Assembly (NCBI RefSeq): GCF_004010195.1
Contig: NC_057719.1
Coordinates: 93,885,076 to 93,911,058, forward strand
Direction: 5' to 3'
Length of the DNA stretch: 25,983 nucleotides
From: Chiloscyllium plagiosum
Taxonomy: Eukaryota
Shown one piece after another: positions 1 to 10,688 of this stretch. The position numbers were made by a program, and so were the translations under genes. Numbering within the stretch: position 1 is the stretch's first letter; each line of letters starts with the position of its first letter. A model generated the notes under the pieces. That model was not told where the DNA came from and ran no database searches. It saw only the letters and a program-made list of their open reading frames with translations.

Positions 1-116
1 TTCCGCAGTTGTTTAGAGCCCGGGTTAGACCCCACTTGGGGTATTGTGTTCAGTTCTGGTCCCCTCATTACAGGAAGGCAGTGGAAGCTAAGGGAGGGTA
101 AATTGGAGGTTTACCA
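1..116 (+). mobile_element. Old CR1-clade LINE, ORF2 C-terminal fragment (left half, interrupted by a younger LINE)
   Basis: Decayed homologue of the VRPHLEYCVQFWSP coding stretch seen at 144-260. Resumes in register at 710 (TACCAGAATGCTGCC). Confidence 0.8.
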
Positions 117-143
117 ATTTACCCTCCCAATTTACCAAGTTTC

Positions 144-617
144 ATGTTGCAGTTGTATAAGACTCCGGTGCGGCCACATCTGGAGTATTGTGTGCAGTTT
201 TGGTCGCCATACTACAGGAAGGATGTGGAGGCACTGGAACGGGTGCAGAGGAGGTTTACCAGGATGTTGCCTGGTATGGTAGAAAGATCGTATGAGGAAA
301 GGCTGAGGCACTTGGGGTTGTTTTCATTGGAGAAAAGAAGGTTAAGGGGTGACTTGATAGAGGTGTATAAGATGATTAGGGGTTTAGATAGGGTCGACAG
401 TGAGAATCTTTTTCCACGTATGGAGTCAGCTATTACAAGGGGGCATAGCTTTAAATTAAGGGGGTTTAGGTATAGGACAGATGTTAGGGGTAGGTTCTTA
501 ACTCAGCGAGTCGTGAGTTCATGGAATGCCCTGCCAGTAGCAGTGGTGGACTCTCCCTCGTTATGGGCATTTAAGCAGGCATTGGATAGGCATATGGAGG
601 ATAGTGGGCTAGTGTAG
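144..617 (+). CDS. C-terminal 157 aa of CR1-type LINE ORF2 (partial; the ATG is internal)
   Basis: Typical CR1 ORF2 motifs: YKTPVRPHLEYCVQFWSP, LERVQRRFTRM, SYEERL..LGLFSLEKRRLRGDLIEVYK, TRGHSFKL, QRVVSSWNALP. Confidence 0.85.
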   Translation: MLQLYKTPVRPHLEYCVQFWSPYYRKDVEALERVQRRFTRMLPGMVERSYEERLRHLGLFSLEKRRLRGDLIEVYKMIRGLDRVDSENLFPRMESAITRGHSFKLRGFRYRTDVRGRFLTQRVVSSWNALPVAVVDSPSLWAFKQALDRHMEDSGLV

Positions 618-678
618 GTTAGGTGGGCTTGGATCGGCGCAACATCGAGGGCCGAAGGGCCTGTACTGCGCTGTATTC

Positions 679-711
679 TTCTATGTTCTATGTTCTATGT
701 TCTATGTTCTA
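679..711 (+). repeat. (TTCTATG)4 + TTCTA LINE tail repeat
   Basis: Directly visible 7-bp tandem units. Confidence 0.95.
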
Positions 712-1174
712 CCAGAATGCTGCCTGTGCTGGAGGGTATGTCTTATGAAGAAAGGTTGAGGGAGGTTCGGCTTTTCTCATTGGAGTGAACAAGGGTGAGG
801 GGCGACTTGGTAGAGGTGAACAAGCTGATGTGAGACACAGAGAGAGTGAATAGTGAGCGACTTCTTTATATCATGGCATACATGGCTATTCTGAGCGGGC
901 ATTATCTTAAGGTGATTGATGGGTGGTTAAGGAGAGATTTCATATGCAGGTTCTTAACACAAAGTGTGTGTGTGGGGTGTGGGATGCACTGCCAGCAGTG
1001 GTAGGAGAGTCAGATACATTAGGGACATTTAGTACACTCGTGGATAGACACATGGATGGCAGTAAAATGAAGGTCATGTAGGTTAGTTTGACCTTACAGT
1101 CGGATAAAAAGTTGGCATGGCATCATGGTCGAAGGGGCTTTTGCTGCACTGTTCTGTGTTCTACATTCCGTATG
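710..1174 (+). mobile_element. Old CR1-clade LINE 3' part (right half of the 1-116 element)
   Basis: Colinear, diverged match to 260-700 with stops. Ends in a decayed GGTCGAAGGGGC...TTCTGTGTTCTA tail. Confidence 0.85.
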
Positions 1175-1199
1175 TTAAATTGGGTAGTAAGCTTAGATC

Positions 1200-1763
1200 A
1201 ATGTAAAGGCATATGGCATTCAGGAGGAGCTATTGAACTGGTTACAAAATTGGCTTGATGGTAGGAGACAGAGGGTGGTGGGAGACATGTTGTTTTTCTG
1301 ACTGGAGGCATGTGACCAGCATTGTAGTGAGACCACTTTTGTTTGTCATTTGGATAAATGGTTTGGATGGGAATATTGGTTTCCTGGAAAGTAAGTTTTT
1401 TTGGGTGACACTGAAATTGGTGGTAAAGTGGACAGTGAAGAAGGTTATCTATGATACAACAGGATGAACAGTACTGCTGGGATAGTGAGCTGAAGAATAG
1501 CAGATGGAGTTTAATTAGGTAAATGAAATGTTCCATGTTGGTGGAACAAACCAGTGTGGGACTTATACAGTTAATGTTCGGGCCCTGGGTAGTGTTGTCA
1601 GTCAGTGACCCAGGGATGCAGGTACACAGTTCTTTGAAAGTGGTGTCACAGGTAGACAGGCTGGTGAAGCAGGCGATTAGGGTGATTACCTTCATTGGGC
1701 AGAGCATTGAGAGTTAGAGTTTGGATGTCATGTTTTCTGAACAAGACATTGGTGAGGCCACCA
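1200..1763 (+). mobile_element. Decayed CR1 LINE reverse-transcriptase fragment
   Basis: Translated remnants CFSDWRHVTS, PLLFVIWINGLD, MQVHSSLKVVSQVDRLVK, FIGQSIE, with frameshifts. Confidence 0.85.
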
Positions 1764-1774
1764 TAAATTATTGT

Positions 1775-1976
1775 TGATCTGTCGGAAGAACTCATCAGGT
1801 TCACTTACCTCCTTTAGTGAAGGACATCTGAAGTTCTAACCTGTTCTGGCCTACATGTGACCCCAGACCCACAGCAATATAGCTGACTCTGATCTGCCCT
1901 CTGGCCAATTAGCGGTGGGGGCAAAGAATACTGGTCCAATCAGTGACCCCCACATCCCATGCATGAATAAATAAAA
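1775..1976 (+). mobile_element. 3' half of tRNA-derived SINE family 2
   Basis: Aligns by eye to 18297-18482 (CCTTTAG.GAAG, CTACATGTGAC..AGAC, TGCCCTCTGG). Ends CACATCCCATGCATGAATAAATAAAA. Confidence 0.75.
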
Positions 1977-2278
1977 CTACATATGTCCCTCCCTATCTCT
2001 GCAAACACCTCCATCTGTAACAATCCGTACTGGCTTTGCAACACCGTTTAGGCTCTGACCACACTCTGTAACACTCTCACCACCTCCAGCACCTTCACCT
2101 CTCCCTGTTTATATCGTGTGATTAAGCCCTGACAATGATTCCCCTTCCCACTGTCCTCCTCCTGCGAGCAGACCCTTCGCAATCCCTCTAATTCATACTA
2201 CTTAAACTCTCTCTCATTTCAGGATTTTAAGTACTTTGTGGTGATCGTCTAAGCCTCATAATCTAATAGGATCCAATT

Positions 2279-2571
2279 GGGCGGCTAAGGTGGCACAGTG
2301 GTTAGCACTGCTGCCTCAGCGCCGGAGACTCGGGTTCATTTCTCCGCCTCAGGTGACTGACTGTGTGGAGTTTGCACGTTCTCCCCGTGTCTGTGTGGGT
2401 TTCCTCCCGCAGTCCAAAGATGTGCAGGTCAGGTGAACTGGCCATGCTAAATTGCCCGTAGTGTTAGGTAAGGGGTAAATATAGGGGTATAGGTGGGTTG
2501 CCCTTCGGCGGGTTGGTGTGGACTTGTTGGGCCGAAGGGTCTGTTTCCACACTGTAATGTAATCTAATCTA
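2279..2571 (+). mobile_element. HE1-type V-SINE
   Basis: A-box TGGCACAGTGG at 2291-2301, degenerate B-box, V-domain GTGTGGAGTTTGCACGTTCTCCCCGTGTCTG, LINE-like 3' end and (TAATC)n tail. Confidence 0.92.
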
Positions 2572-2639
2572 GTGCTGAGTGAGGGATGGGAGGAAATTTC
2601 TTGCTGAGGTTTTGTCTGTTTCAATAGAATGTCCTTTTG

Positions 2640-3672
2640 TTGAGTGATTTACACTGTTCCTTCAAATGTTTTCCACTGTTCATTTATAGATACATATTTC
2701 TGTCTGTTTCCCCTGTTTAACTTGGTCAGTTCTCCTCTCAAACTCATGTAATTGGCTGTTTTTGTTCCTAGGTGTAGCTTGCTCTTTCACTTTAAAACTT
2801 TATATTTCTTTAAACTGCACTTTATCACAATTTCCCAGAGGATCTCCCCAGGGTACATTACTCATTCACTAAATTTCATCATACAACGGTCGGTCTGAGA
2901 TAGTTATGTCCCTAGCCAGTTGCACAATGTGTTATTCAAAGAAACACTGAAAAAAAGGATTCTGCAATCTCCTCTTCGAATACCATTTTGTCAGTATGAT
3001 TGTCAAGATTATGTGAATGTTGAAGTTTCACTAAATTATCACAATACCTTTATTAAAAGTTCCAATGAGTTCCTGTTTATTACAGTGATGAGCAATGAAA
3101 TGCTGTTCAGTGGCTAAAACTGTTCTGTGATTGTGTCCTTGGCAAGTAGTAGCCAGAATTTACATTCAGACTGACTCTTCTTCATGATCTGAGGCCAAAT
3201 GCTTTCTCTGTAATGCATTTGTTATCCATTATTGTTAGTGTTACCCATTTTGCCTGAGTTTCTGCAAGTTTGTGAACCATTGAATATTTATTTTCCACCT
3301 TTTGTTCGCCCTGTAACCACATATCTCTGGTGTTTAAATCTCTTTCACCTCTGTGTCACAAATCCATCCACCTTATTGAAGAGCCTTTGTCTATTCCAAA
3401 AAAAAACATAATTTACAATTTCCTGTCACAAATCGATTTGCTGATGTATAGTTTTAGTTAAACTTTGTCCCATCCTATTCCTTGCTGCTTGTCTACGGCC
3501 GCATTGCCCATGCTGCTCTGATGCTTCATCTTTTCTCTTTGGATTTGGAAAGCTGCGTTCACCTGAAGCCTGTCCCTGCATCCTCTCTGTCAGTTTAAAG
3601 CCCTGTCCATAAAGCTACCGACATAATTGGCCAGGACACTGGTCCCAGCACAGTTCCAGTGGGATCAGCGGA
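2640..3672 (-). mobile_element. Very old CR1 LINE: ORF1 end plus ORF2 APE endonuclease remnant
   Basis: Minus strand of ~3590-3662 reads HWNCAGTSVLANYVGSFMDRALN* (ORF1 esterase C-terminus). TE.WLQG remnant near 3310-3330. Confidence 0.6.
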
Positions 3673-3678
3673 ATGGAT

Positions 3679-4045
3679 TTTTTTTTTTAAAATCAAGTAT
3701 GAGATATGGGTGTCTCTGGCTCACCAAACTTTCTTGCCCAGCCCTAGCTGCCATTCAGCTGAGTAACTTGCTTGGCTATTTCAGAGGGTAATTGAGAGAC
3801 AAACACTTTGCTATGGGTATGTCATGCAGACCAGGTGAGGATGGGCAGATGTCCTTCTTGAAAGGAGAAGTGTTTGGATTTATTGTACATCAGTAATGGT
3901 ATGATGGATTGTCAATTACTATTTTTAAAATAATTTATTTAAAATTCCACCATTTCAGATGGTGAGGTTCAAACCTTCCTCCCCCGAACATTAGCTGAGG
4001 TTTGGGATACATGCTCTAGCAATACCACCACTAGGCCATCACTTC
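3679..4045 (-). mobile_element. tRNA-derived SINE family 2, near full length
   Basis: Reverse complement starts GAAGTGATGGCCTAGTGGTGGTATTGCTAG (A-box-like), is colinear with 18140-18482, and ends in a poly-A tract (T-run at ~3678-3688). Confidence 0.75.
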
Positions 4046-5059
4046 GCCTGCTCACAGCCTATTCACCCCTAAACACTGATACTAGTTCATAATGCATCAT
4101 GGAGCTAAACCTGTTTTTCCTTCATGATTGTTTGATTCTGATACCTTCCTGCACTCTGGTGATATCACTCAGCATCTCTCCATGTGGTATCCCTCACTGT
4201 GTGGGTCTAATTACTGCCTCTGTCAGTGTCTCTCACTCTTACAGCTACTCCAGATCCTGAGCCAACAGAATTCTCCATTCCAGAGTGACACAACAGCACA
4301 GGCCAGGAATTGAGACTGGGATTTTCCAGATATCTGTGGCACTCACTGCCATTCTCCATGTGTAATCCTCACTACATCAATCTAATTTCCCATCCTGTCT
4401 ATTTCTCTATCTCCTGCAGGAAATCAGGAAGTTCCTGACTCTTTAGACTTCCCAAATACTGAGTGTCTCATCCATCACCACATTGAAATGGTTGGTCACC
4501 CAGGCAAACAAAGGGCATGGAAATCTGGAGCCTTCAATATATCCTCCAATGAAGTAAGATCACTCACAGTGCACAAAGCAGAGAGCAACGAGAGGTCTCC
4601 AAACATCGGCTAACAAGACATAACACAGACATAGTGCTGGAGGGGGAGCACAGTACAGACCCACCCCAGGACAATCACCACCGCTACTGTAAGTTTTGTT
4701 GTCCTGAGACAGCATCGGGAGTGTCACAGTTATCAATCCAGGCTTGTGATATCTTAGTGAACATCAGTACAACAGAGGGGAAAGCAGGCTTCCCATGAGT
4801 GTTTGGGTATGCTGCCTGGAATCGTTCTGTTCTGTGTTCCCCCTCCAACACTGTCATGTACCATGTCTCGTGGACCAGTGTCTTCAATAATTTGTAGCTC
4901 CTATAACAGTTCCTGTCCCTGTAACGTCCTCCCTTCCCGATAGTTACTCTACATATTTGAAATATACTGCATTCCAGACTATCACCTGTATCGCTGTAAC
5001 TTGCTTCAATGCCTACAACATGCCTTGTCTCAGTAGTCTCCTCCTCCAATAACTGGAGA

Positions 5060-5435
5060 AAGAGCCATGCAGAACAAAAACGGTTCCTTCGATCCAACTA
5101 GTCCATGCTGACCACGGTTCCTGAATGAGTCGTGTTTGCCTGCGTTTGGCAAATATCCTGTCAAACTTTCTCCATGTACCTGCCCAAATATCTTTTCCAT
5201 GATGTAATTATACTTTTCTCTACTAATTCAGCGACAGCTCATTCAATATGTGCACCATTCTCTTTGTGGAAATGTTCTCCTCTGGTCGCTTTTAAGTATT
5301 TCCACTCCCACCTCATATTTTTGCACTCTAGTTATGGATTTGCCTACCCTGGGGTAGAGACCTTCACTATTCACCCTATGCATACCCCTCACGTTTTTAT
5401 AAACCTTTATGAGGTCACCCCTCAGCCACCTACAC
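5060..5435 (-). mobile_element. CR1 LINE 3' end fragment
   Basis: ORF track shows LRGDLIKVYKNVRGMHRVNSEGLYPRVG, followed by a decayed 3' UTR. Confidence 0.85.
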
Positions 5436-5439
5436 CCAA

Positions 5440-5823
5440 TGGAAATACGATGGGCAATGTTACAAATATCTCTGCCACAGTCCCCACTGTGACATTGCCA
5501 CAATGTTCTGGGATACACTTGTTCAGGACCTCGGGCTTTCTCTACCTTTGTGTTCTAAGACCTCCAGCACCATCTCTTCTGTAATGGGGACTCTTTACAA
5601 GACATCACTGTTTCTTTCCCTTTGTTTCCTAGTCTTTGTCCACAGTATGTCCTGACATGAAATATTCATTTCGGGTAGCGCTCAACTCCTGTGGTTCCAG
5701 GCATGGATGGCATTATTGATCTTTGAGGGGCTCTATTGTCTCTCTAGTTGCTTTTTTGTACTTGTATGCTGTAGACTCTCTTTGGATTCTCCTTAACCTT
5801 ATCTGCCAAATCTATCTCATTCC
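5440..5823 (-). mobile_element. CR1 ORF2 EN-RT linker fragment
   Basis: Minus strand reads EIDLADKVKENPKRV, EPQEL, NEYF, SPRS..VYPRTLW. Confidence 0.75.
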
Positions 5824-5834
5824 ACCCATGTTGT

Positions 5835-6120
5835 TTTCCAGCTTATCCAGCCTCTCTGTTTCTGTCAAACCCTCCAGTATCAGAAACATCTTCGTCAATC
5901 TTTGCTCCATTTACAGTTTCAGAATATGCTTCTTAAAGTCGGAGGATCAGAATTCTACACAGTACTCCAACTGGAGTCTCAGCAATGTCTGAAACAGCCT
6001 TATTATGATGTACCAACTCATGTACTCAATGCTCTGACCCATGAGGTCTAGTGTATCAAATGTTGCTTTTACTATCCTGTCCACCTGTGATGTCACTTCC
6101 AAGGAACGATGTAACTGCAT
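5835..6120 (-). mobile_element. CR1 ORF2 post-RT fragment
   Basis: Minus strand reads SLEVTSQVDRIVK, QSIEYMS, LRLQLEYCVEF. Confidence 0.75.
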
Positions 6121-6600
6121 TTGGAAAGTTAAAATCCCCGACCATTACAACCCTATCCTTATCTCAGATATCTGAGATCTCCGACATACTTGCTGCTTAA
6201 TTTCCCGCTGACTACTGCGGGCCTGTAGTACAGTCATATCAAAGTGATTATTCATTATTATTTCTCAGTTCCACTAACATAGCTTCACTGGGCGATCCCC
6301 AGGAATATCATCTCTCAGTGCTGCAGTGATGTTTTCATTGATCAAAAACTCCACTCCCCCTACTCTCTTGCCTCCCCTTCAATCCGTCCTGTTGAATCTG
6401 TCCTCTGGAACAATGATCCGCGAGTCCTGTCCGTCCCTCAGCTGCGTTTCTGTAATTCCTGTGATTTCCCAGTCCGATGTTCCCATCTATGCCGTGCGTT
6501 CATCTGCCAGGCCTGTCAGGCATTTTACATCAAAGTAAACGCAGCTTAATTCATCAGTTTTCCCTCATTGCCTGCTGTGCTCTTACCTGGTTATCAATTG
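6121..6600 (-). mobile_element. CR1 ORF2 APE endonuclease fragment
   Basis: Minus strand reads LSCVYF, GITETQLRDGQD, RGGKRVGGVEFLINENI, VVMVGDFNFP. Confidence 0.8.
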
Positions 6601-6669
6601 AAATTACTCTGCTGAAATTCTGTCCCAGCCTCAACCTCCAGACTGCAGCCTGAGACCACCCCCCTCACT

Positions 6670-7186
6670 GTTTACAATACCCTCACCTTTCACGTCTTTT
6701 GCAAACCTACTAATGATACCTTCTGTTTTCACATCCGAGTGATTAATGCCCATAACGAGCAGCAATGGCTCCTGCACAGATTATTGTGATACACACGCTG
6801 GACAAGGGCTTTCAATCACAAAAACAACCCTCCACCAATTTTGGATCCGAATTGCCAACTTGCCTTGGATCCCATGGGCTCTTCCCTTTTGGATCAGCCT
6901 TCCATGTGGGTCCTTGTAAATGGCCTTAATGAACTCCATGTAAACAATATCATCTGCACAGCCCTCATCAATATTTTCAGACACCATTTCAAAAAACTGA
7001 ACTGATTTCATCAGACAAGATCTTCCTGTATCAAATCCGTGCTGACTAACCCGAATCAATCCCTGCCTTTCCAGTTATGAAATCAAACAGTCACTCAGAA
7101 TTGTTTCCAATAATTCCCCTCCCCCTGCTGTCAGACTATCTGCTCTGTAATTACCTGGCCTATCCTGCTGCCCTTCTTGAACAAAG
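6670..7186 (-). mobile_element. CR1 RT N-terminal fragment
   Basis: ORF track shows IRVSQHGFDTGRSCL, DIVYMEFIKA, PHGRLIQK..HGIQGKLA.RIQNW. Confidence 0.85.
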
Positions 7187-8193
7187 GTTCCGATTCATAT
7201 ACCCATCCAAATGCCTCTTAAAAGTTGCAATTGTACCAGCCTCCACCACTTCATTTAGCAGCTCATTCCATAAAAATTCCACCCTCTGCATGAAATGTTG
7301 TCCCTTAGGTCTCTTTTATATATTTCGCCTCTTACCCTAAACCTATGTCTTCTAGTTCTGGATATCCCGACCCTAGGGAAAAGACTTTGTCTATTTATCT
7401 GTCCATGCACCTCATAATTTTGTAAACCTCTCTAAGGTCACCCCTCAGCCTCCTACGCTCCAGGGAAAAACAGCCCCAGCCTGTTCAGCTTCTCCCTTTC
7501 GCTCAAATCCTCCCAGCCTGGCAACATCCTTGTAAATCTGTTCTGAGCACTTTCAAGTTTCACGACATCTTTCTCATAGGAAGGAGACAAGAATTGCACG
7601 CAATATTCCAATATAACCCTAACCCTAACCAATGTCATGTACAGCCGCAACATGATCTCCTAACTCCTGTATTCAATACTCTGATCAATAAAGGAAAGCA
7701 TACCAAACGCCTTCTTCCCTATCCTATCTACTTGCGACTCCACTTTCAAGGAGCTATGAACCTGTACTCCAAGGTCTCTTTGTTCAGCAACACTCCAAAG
7801 GACCTTACCATTAAACGCATATGTCCTACTGAGATTTGCTTTCCCAAAATGCAGCGCCTCGCATTTATCTGAATTAAACTCCATCTGCCACTACACAGCC
7901 CATTGGCACATCTGGTCCAGATCCTGTTGTAATCTGAGGTAACCCTCTTCGCTGTGCATTATACCTCCAATTTTGGTGTCATTTGCAAACTTACCAACTG
8001 TACCTCTTATGCTTGGATCCAAATCATTTATGTAAATGACAAAAAGTAGAGAACACAGCACCAATCCATGTGGCACTCCTCTGGTCACAGGCCTCCAGTC
8101 TGAAAAACAACCCTCCACCACTACCCTCTGTCTTCTTCCTTTGAGCCAGTTCTGTATCCAAATGGCTTATTCTCCCTGTATTTAATGAGATCT
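7187..8193 (-). mobile_element. Moderately young CR1/HER1-like LINE, RT core to near 3' end
   Basis: Successive ORFs VEGCFSDWRPVTRGVPHG..LFVIYINDLD..KFANDTKIGG, MEFNSDKCEALHFG, ILEYCVQFLSP, with few disablements. Confidence 0.92.
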
Positions 8194-8231
8194 GATCAGT
8201 GAGGAATCAATGGGCTGAATGACTTGCTTCC

Positions 8232-8480
8232 AGGCAATCAATGATGATAAATTGGAGATGCCTGGGCTGATGACTCTACACAAAGGTTCTCCTGCAGTGA
8301 TGTCCCAGAGCTCAGATTATCGATGCCCACCGATGATAAACATCTTCCTTTCTGTTTTGAATGACTCCAGCTAGTGGAGAGTTCATAATTAATTCTTATT
8401 ATGTGCAATTTTGCTCAGACTCATTGATGTCATCCTCAGTCAAATATTGCCTTGAGTTCAGGGCCAGTCCCTCTGCCCTG
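8232..8480 (-). mobile_element. RT fragment of a second, distinct CR1-like LINE family
   Basis: Minus strand gives decayed ALNSRQYL (LDIKAAFD-like), TLH*LES, RKMF, SELWDITAGEPL (VPQG-like). Sequence differs from the other CR1 copies. Confidence 0.6.
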
Positions 8481-8599
8481 TGCCCCTGTGTTCCCTCTAT
8501 TTTCATATCAATGTTTGGTGTAGACGCAGAGAATGTTTTCTTCAAACAGAGTGTAATGAATGTCACGAATTCTCTTAAATGGGGATCTAGCTCACTGAA

Positions 8600-9614
8600 A
8601 GGGACCAGTGGTGTCCAACAGGGTTCGGTTCTGGGACCTCTGCTTTTTTTTTATTTTTATAACTAATTTGATGAGGAAATGGAAGAGTGTGTTAGTACGT
8701 TTGCCGATGACACGAAGGTTGGTGGAGTGGTATATAGTGTGGAAGGCTGTTTTAGGTTACAAATGGATATTCGTAGGATGACCAGCTGGGCTGAGAATTG
8801 TCAGATGGAGTTCAACCTGGAAAAGTTTGAAGTGATTCATATTTCAAGCTCAAATGCGAATGCAGAATACAGAATTAAATGGAGGATTCTTGGCAGCGTG
8901 GAGGAACACAGGGGTCTTTGGGTCCATGTCCACAGATCACTCAAAGTTATTATCCAGATTTGTAGGATTGTTAAGAAGGCATATGATGTGTTAGCTTTCA
9001 TTAACAGGAGGATTGGGGTTAAGAATCGCGAGTTTATGCTGCAGCTCTATAGAGTCTGGTTAGACCGCACTTGGTACATTGTGTTCAGTTCTCATCACCC
9101 CATTATAGGGGAATGTGAAAGATTTAGAAAGTGTGCAGAATAAATTTACCAAGATGGTTCCTGGGCTGAAAGGTAGATCTTATGAATAAAGATTAAGGGA
9201 GCTAAGGCTTTTATCATTAGAGCAAAGAAAGATTGGCAATGATTTAATGGAGGTGTGCAAAATGATGAGAGACAGAGAGAGAGTGAATAGTCAAAGACCT
9301 TTTTTTTCCCCAAGGCAGAAATGGCAATTTCGAGGGGGCATAATATTAAGGTGATTGCAGGAAGGATTAGGGGAGATGTCAGAGGTAGGTTCCTTACACA
9401 GAGAGTGCTGAGTGTGTAGGATGCACTGTCAGCAATGGTAGTAGAGTCAGATATGTGAGGGGCATCTAAGCAACACTTGGATATGCACATGAAAGATTGT
9501 GCGCAGAAATATATATGTTAGTCTGATCTCAGAGTGGTTTAAAAGGTGGGCACAACATTGAGGGGCGAAGGGCCTGTGCTGTACTGTTCTATGTCCTACA
9601 CTCTATGTTCTATG
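8600..9614 (+). mobile_element. CR1 LINE, RT core to 3' tail
   Basis: TSGVQQGSVLGPLLF, STFADDTKVGG, QMEFNLEKFEVIH. 3' UTR matches 618-711 and ends CTATGTTCTATG. Confidence 0.92.
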
Positions 9615-9757
9615 ACAGTATTTAAAGAGGCGGTAGATGGATTTTGACTTGTCATAGAGTTGAGCATGAAAGAGAGCTTGAGGCCTAGTGCAGACCAGCC
9701 ATAATATTACTGAAGGGAAAGGCATGATTTGGGGTGAACAACCTGTCCTACTTATGA
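9615..9757 (+). mobile_element. Decayed CR1 3' end of another subfamily
   Basis: FKEAVDGFL-like ORF2 end followed by a CAGACCAGCCATAATATTACTGAA-type 3' UTR. Confidence 0.55.
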
Positions 9758-9916
9758 TGATCTCACATTCTGCTATTGGAAATTTAGTGGATGTTATTTT
9801 CCTGCAAAGGTCTGTTACGGAATGTTACATTCAGGGAGTCCACAGGATTTTGTGAGCCATCTTTAGATGAGGTTTGGGGGCTGTATTCACAGTGAATCTG
9901 GGTCTACAACATGACC
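9666..9916 (+). repeat. Left arm (source) of 251-bp inverted duplication
   Basis: Reverse complement of 10438-10688; one mismatch found by eye. Confidence 0.95.
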
Positions 9917-10437
9917 AACAAATGAAGCACATGTTGCAGCGACAGGTAGCTCTGTAAAGAGCGATGAGGGGTCTCTTTCATACCCAGCCTGGGTTTTCAA
10001 ATTAAATTTTCAAAATCTCACGAACCATGTGTGACAGTCTTGAGGGGCTGAATGGTTGCCTCTGTTTCTGTGCACCAGCTCATAGCAGTAAGTGACCTCT
10101 ATCAGGTTTGAAGGGGTGAAACTAAGAGAGGAACATGGGACTGAAGAGCAGAAGTGGGTCATTTCAGACTTTGAGCCTTCTCCACCAGGCACTAAGATTG
10201 TGGCTAGTCAGCTAACTAACTAACTCAGCTTTGAATACATGTACAGAGAGGCACCACAAACTTCTGGGGAAGAGAATTTCTACTCGCAAGGCTCCTTTAG
10301 AATTTCTCCTCACCCCTCTTATAGCATCAGAGAGTCATATAAAATGGAAACAGACCCTTTTGTCCAAATTGACCATGCCACCAGACATCCTAATCTTTTC
10401 TAGTCCAATTTATCATTATTTGGCCCATATTCCTCTG

Positions 10438-10688
10438 GGTCATGTTGTAGACCCAGATTCACTGTGAATACAGCCCCCAAACCTCATCTAAAGATGGCTC
10501 ACAAAATCCTGTGGACTCCCTGAATGTAACATTCCGTAACAGACCTTTGCAGGAAAATAACATCCACTAAATTTCCAATAGCAGAATGTGAGATCATCAT
10601 AAGTAGGACAGGTTGTTCACCCCAAATCATGCCTTTCCCTTCAGTAATATCATGGCTGGTCTGCACTAGGCCTCAAGCTCTCTTTCAT
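10438..10688 (-). repeat. Right arm (inserted copy) of 251-bp inverted duplication
   Basis: Interrupts a CR1 3' region. Flanked by TCCTCTG at 10431-10437 and 10688-10694. Confidence 0.95.

Larger units (their letters stand above)
139..711 (+). mobile_element. Young 5'-truncated CR1/HER1-like LINE with 3' UTR and (TTCTATG)n tail
   Basis: Uninterrupted ORF2 C-terminus, short 3' UTR containing GGGCCGAAGGGCCTGT, tandem tail at 679-711, TACCA duplicated at 112-116 and 710-714. Confidence 0.92.

Noticed and set aside
1985..2220. Possible L2 LINE 3' remnant
   Set aside because: Only a short CCCTCCCTATCTCTG-like match; too decayed to support.
2279..2350. SINE heads as functional tRNA genes
   Set aside because: They continue into SINE bodies and lack a complete cloverleaf.
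4565..4605. CACAGTG heptamer (also CACTGTG at 4195) as a V(D)J recombination signal
   Set aside because: No ACAAAAACC-like nonamer at 12- or 23-bp spacing and no V/J coding segment.
4684..5097. 137-aa minus-strand ORF
   Set aside because: Begins in a LINE 3' UTR, has no recognisable domain and is likely chance.
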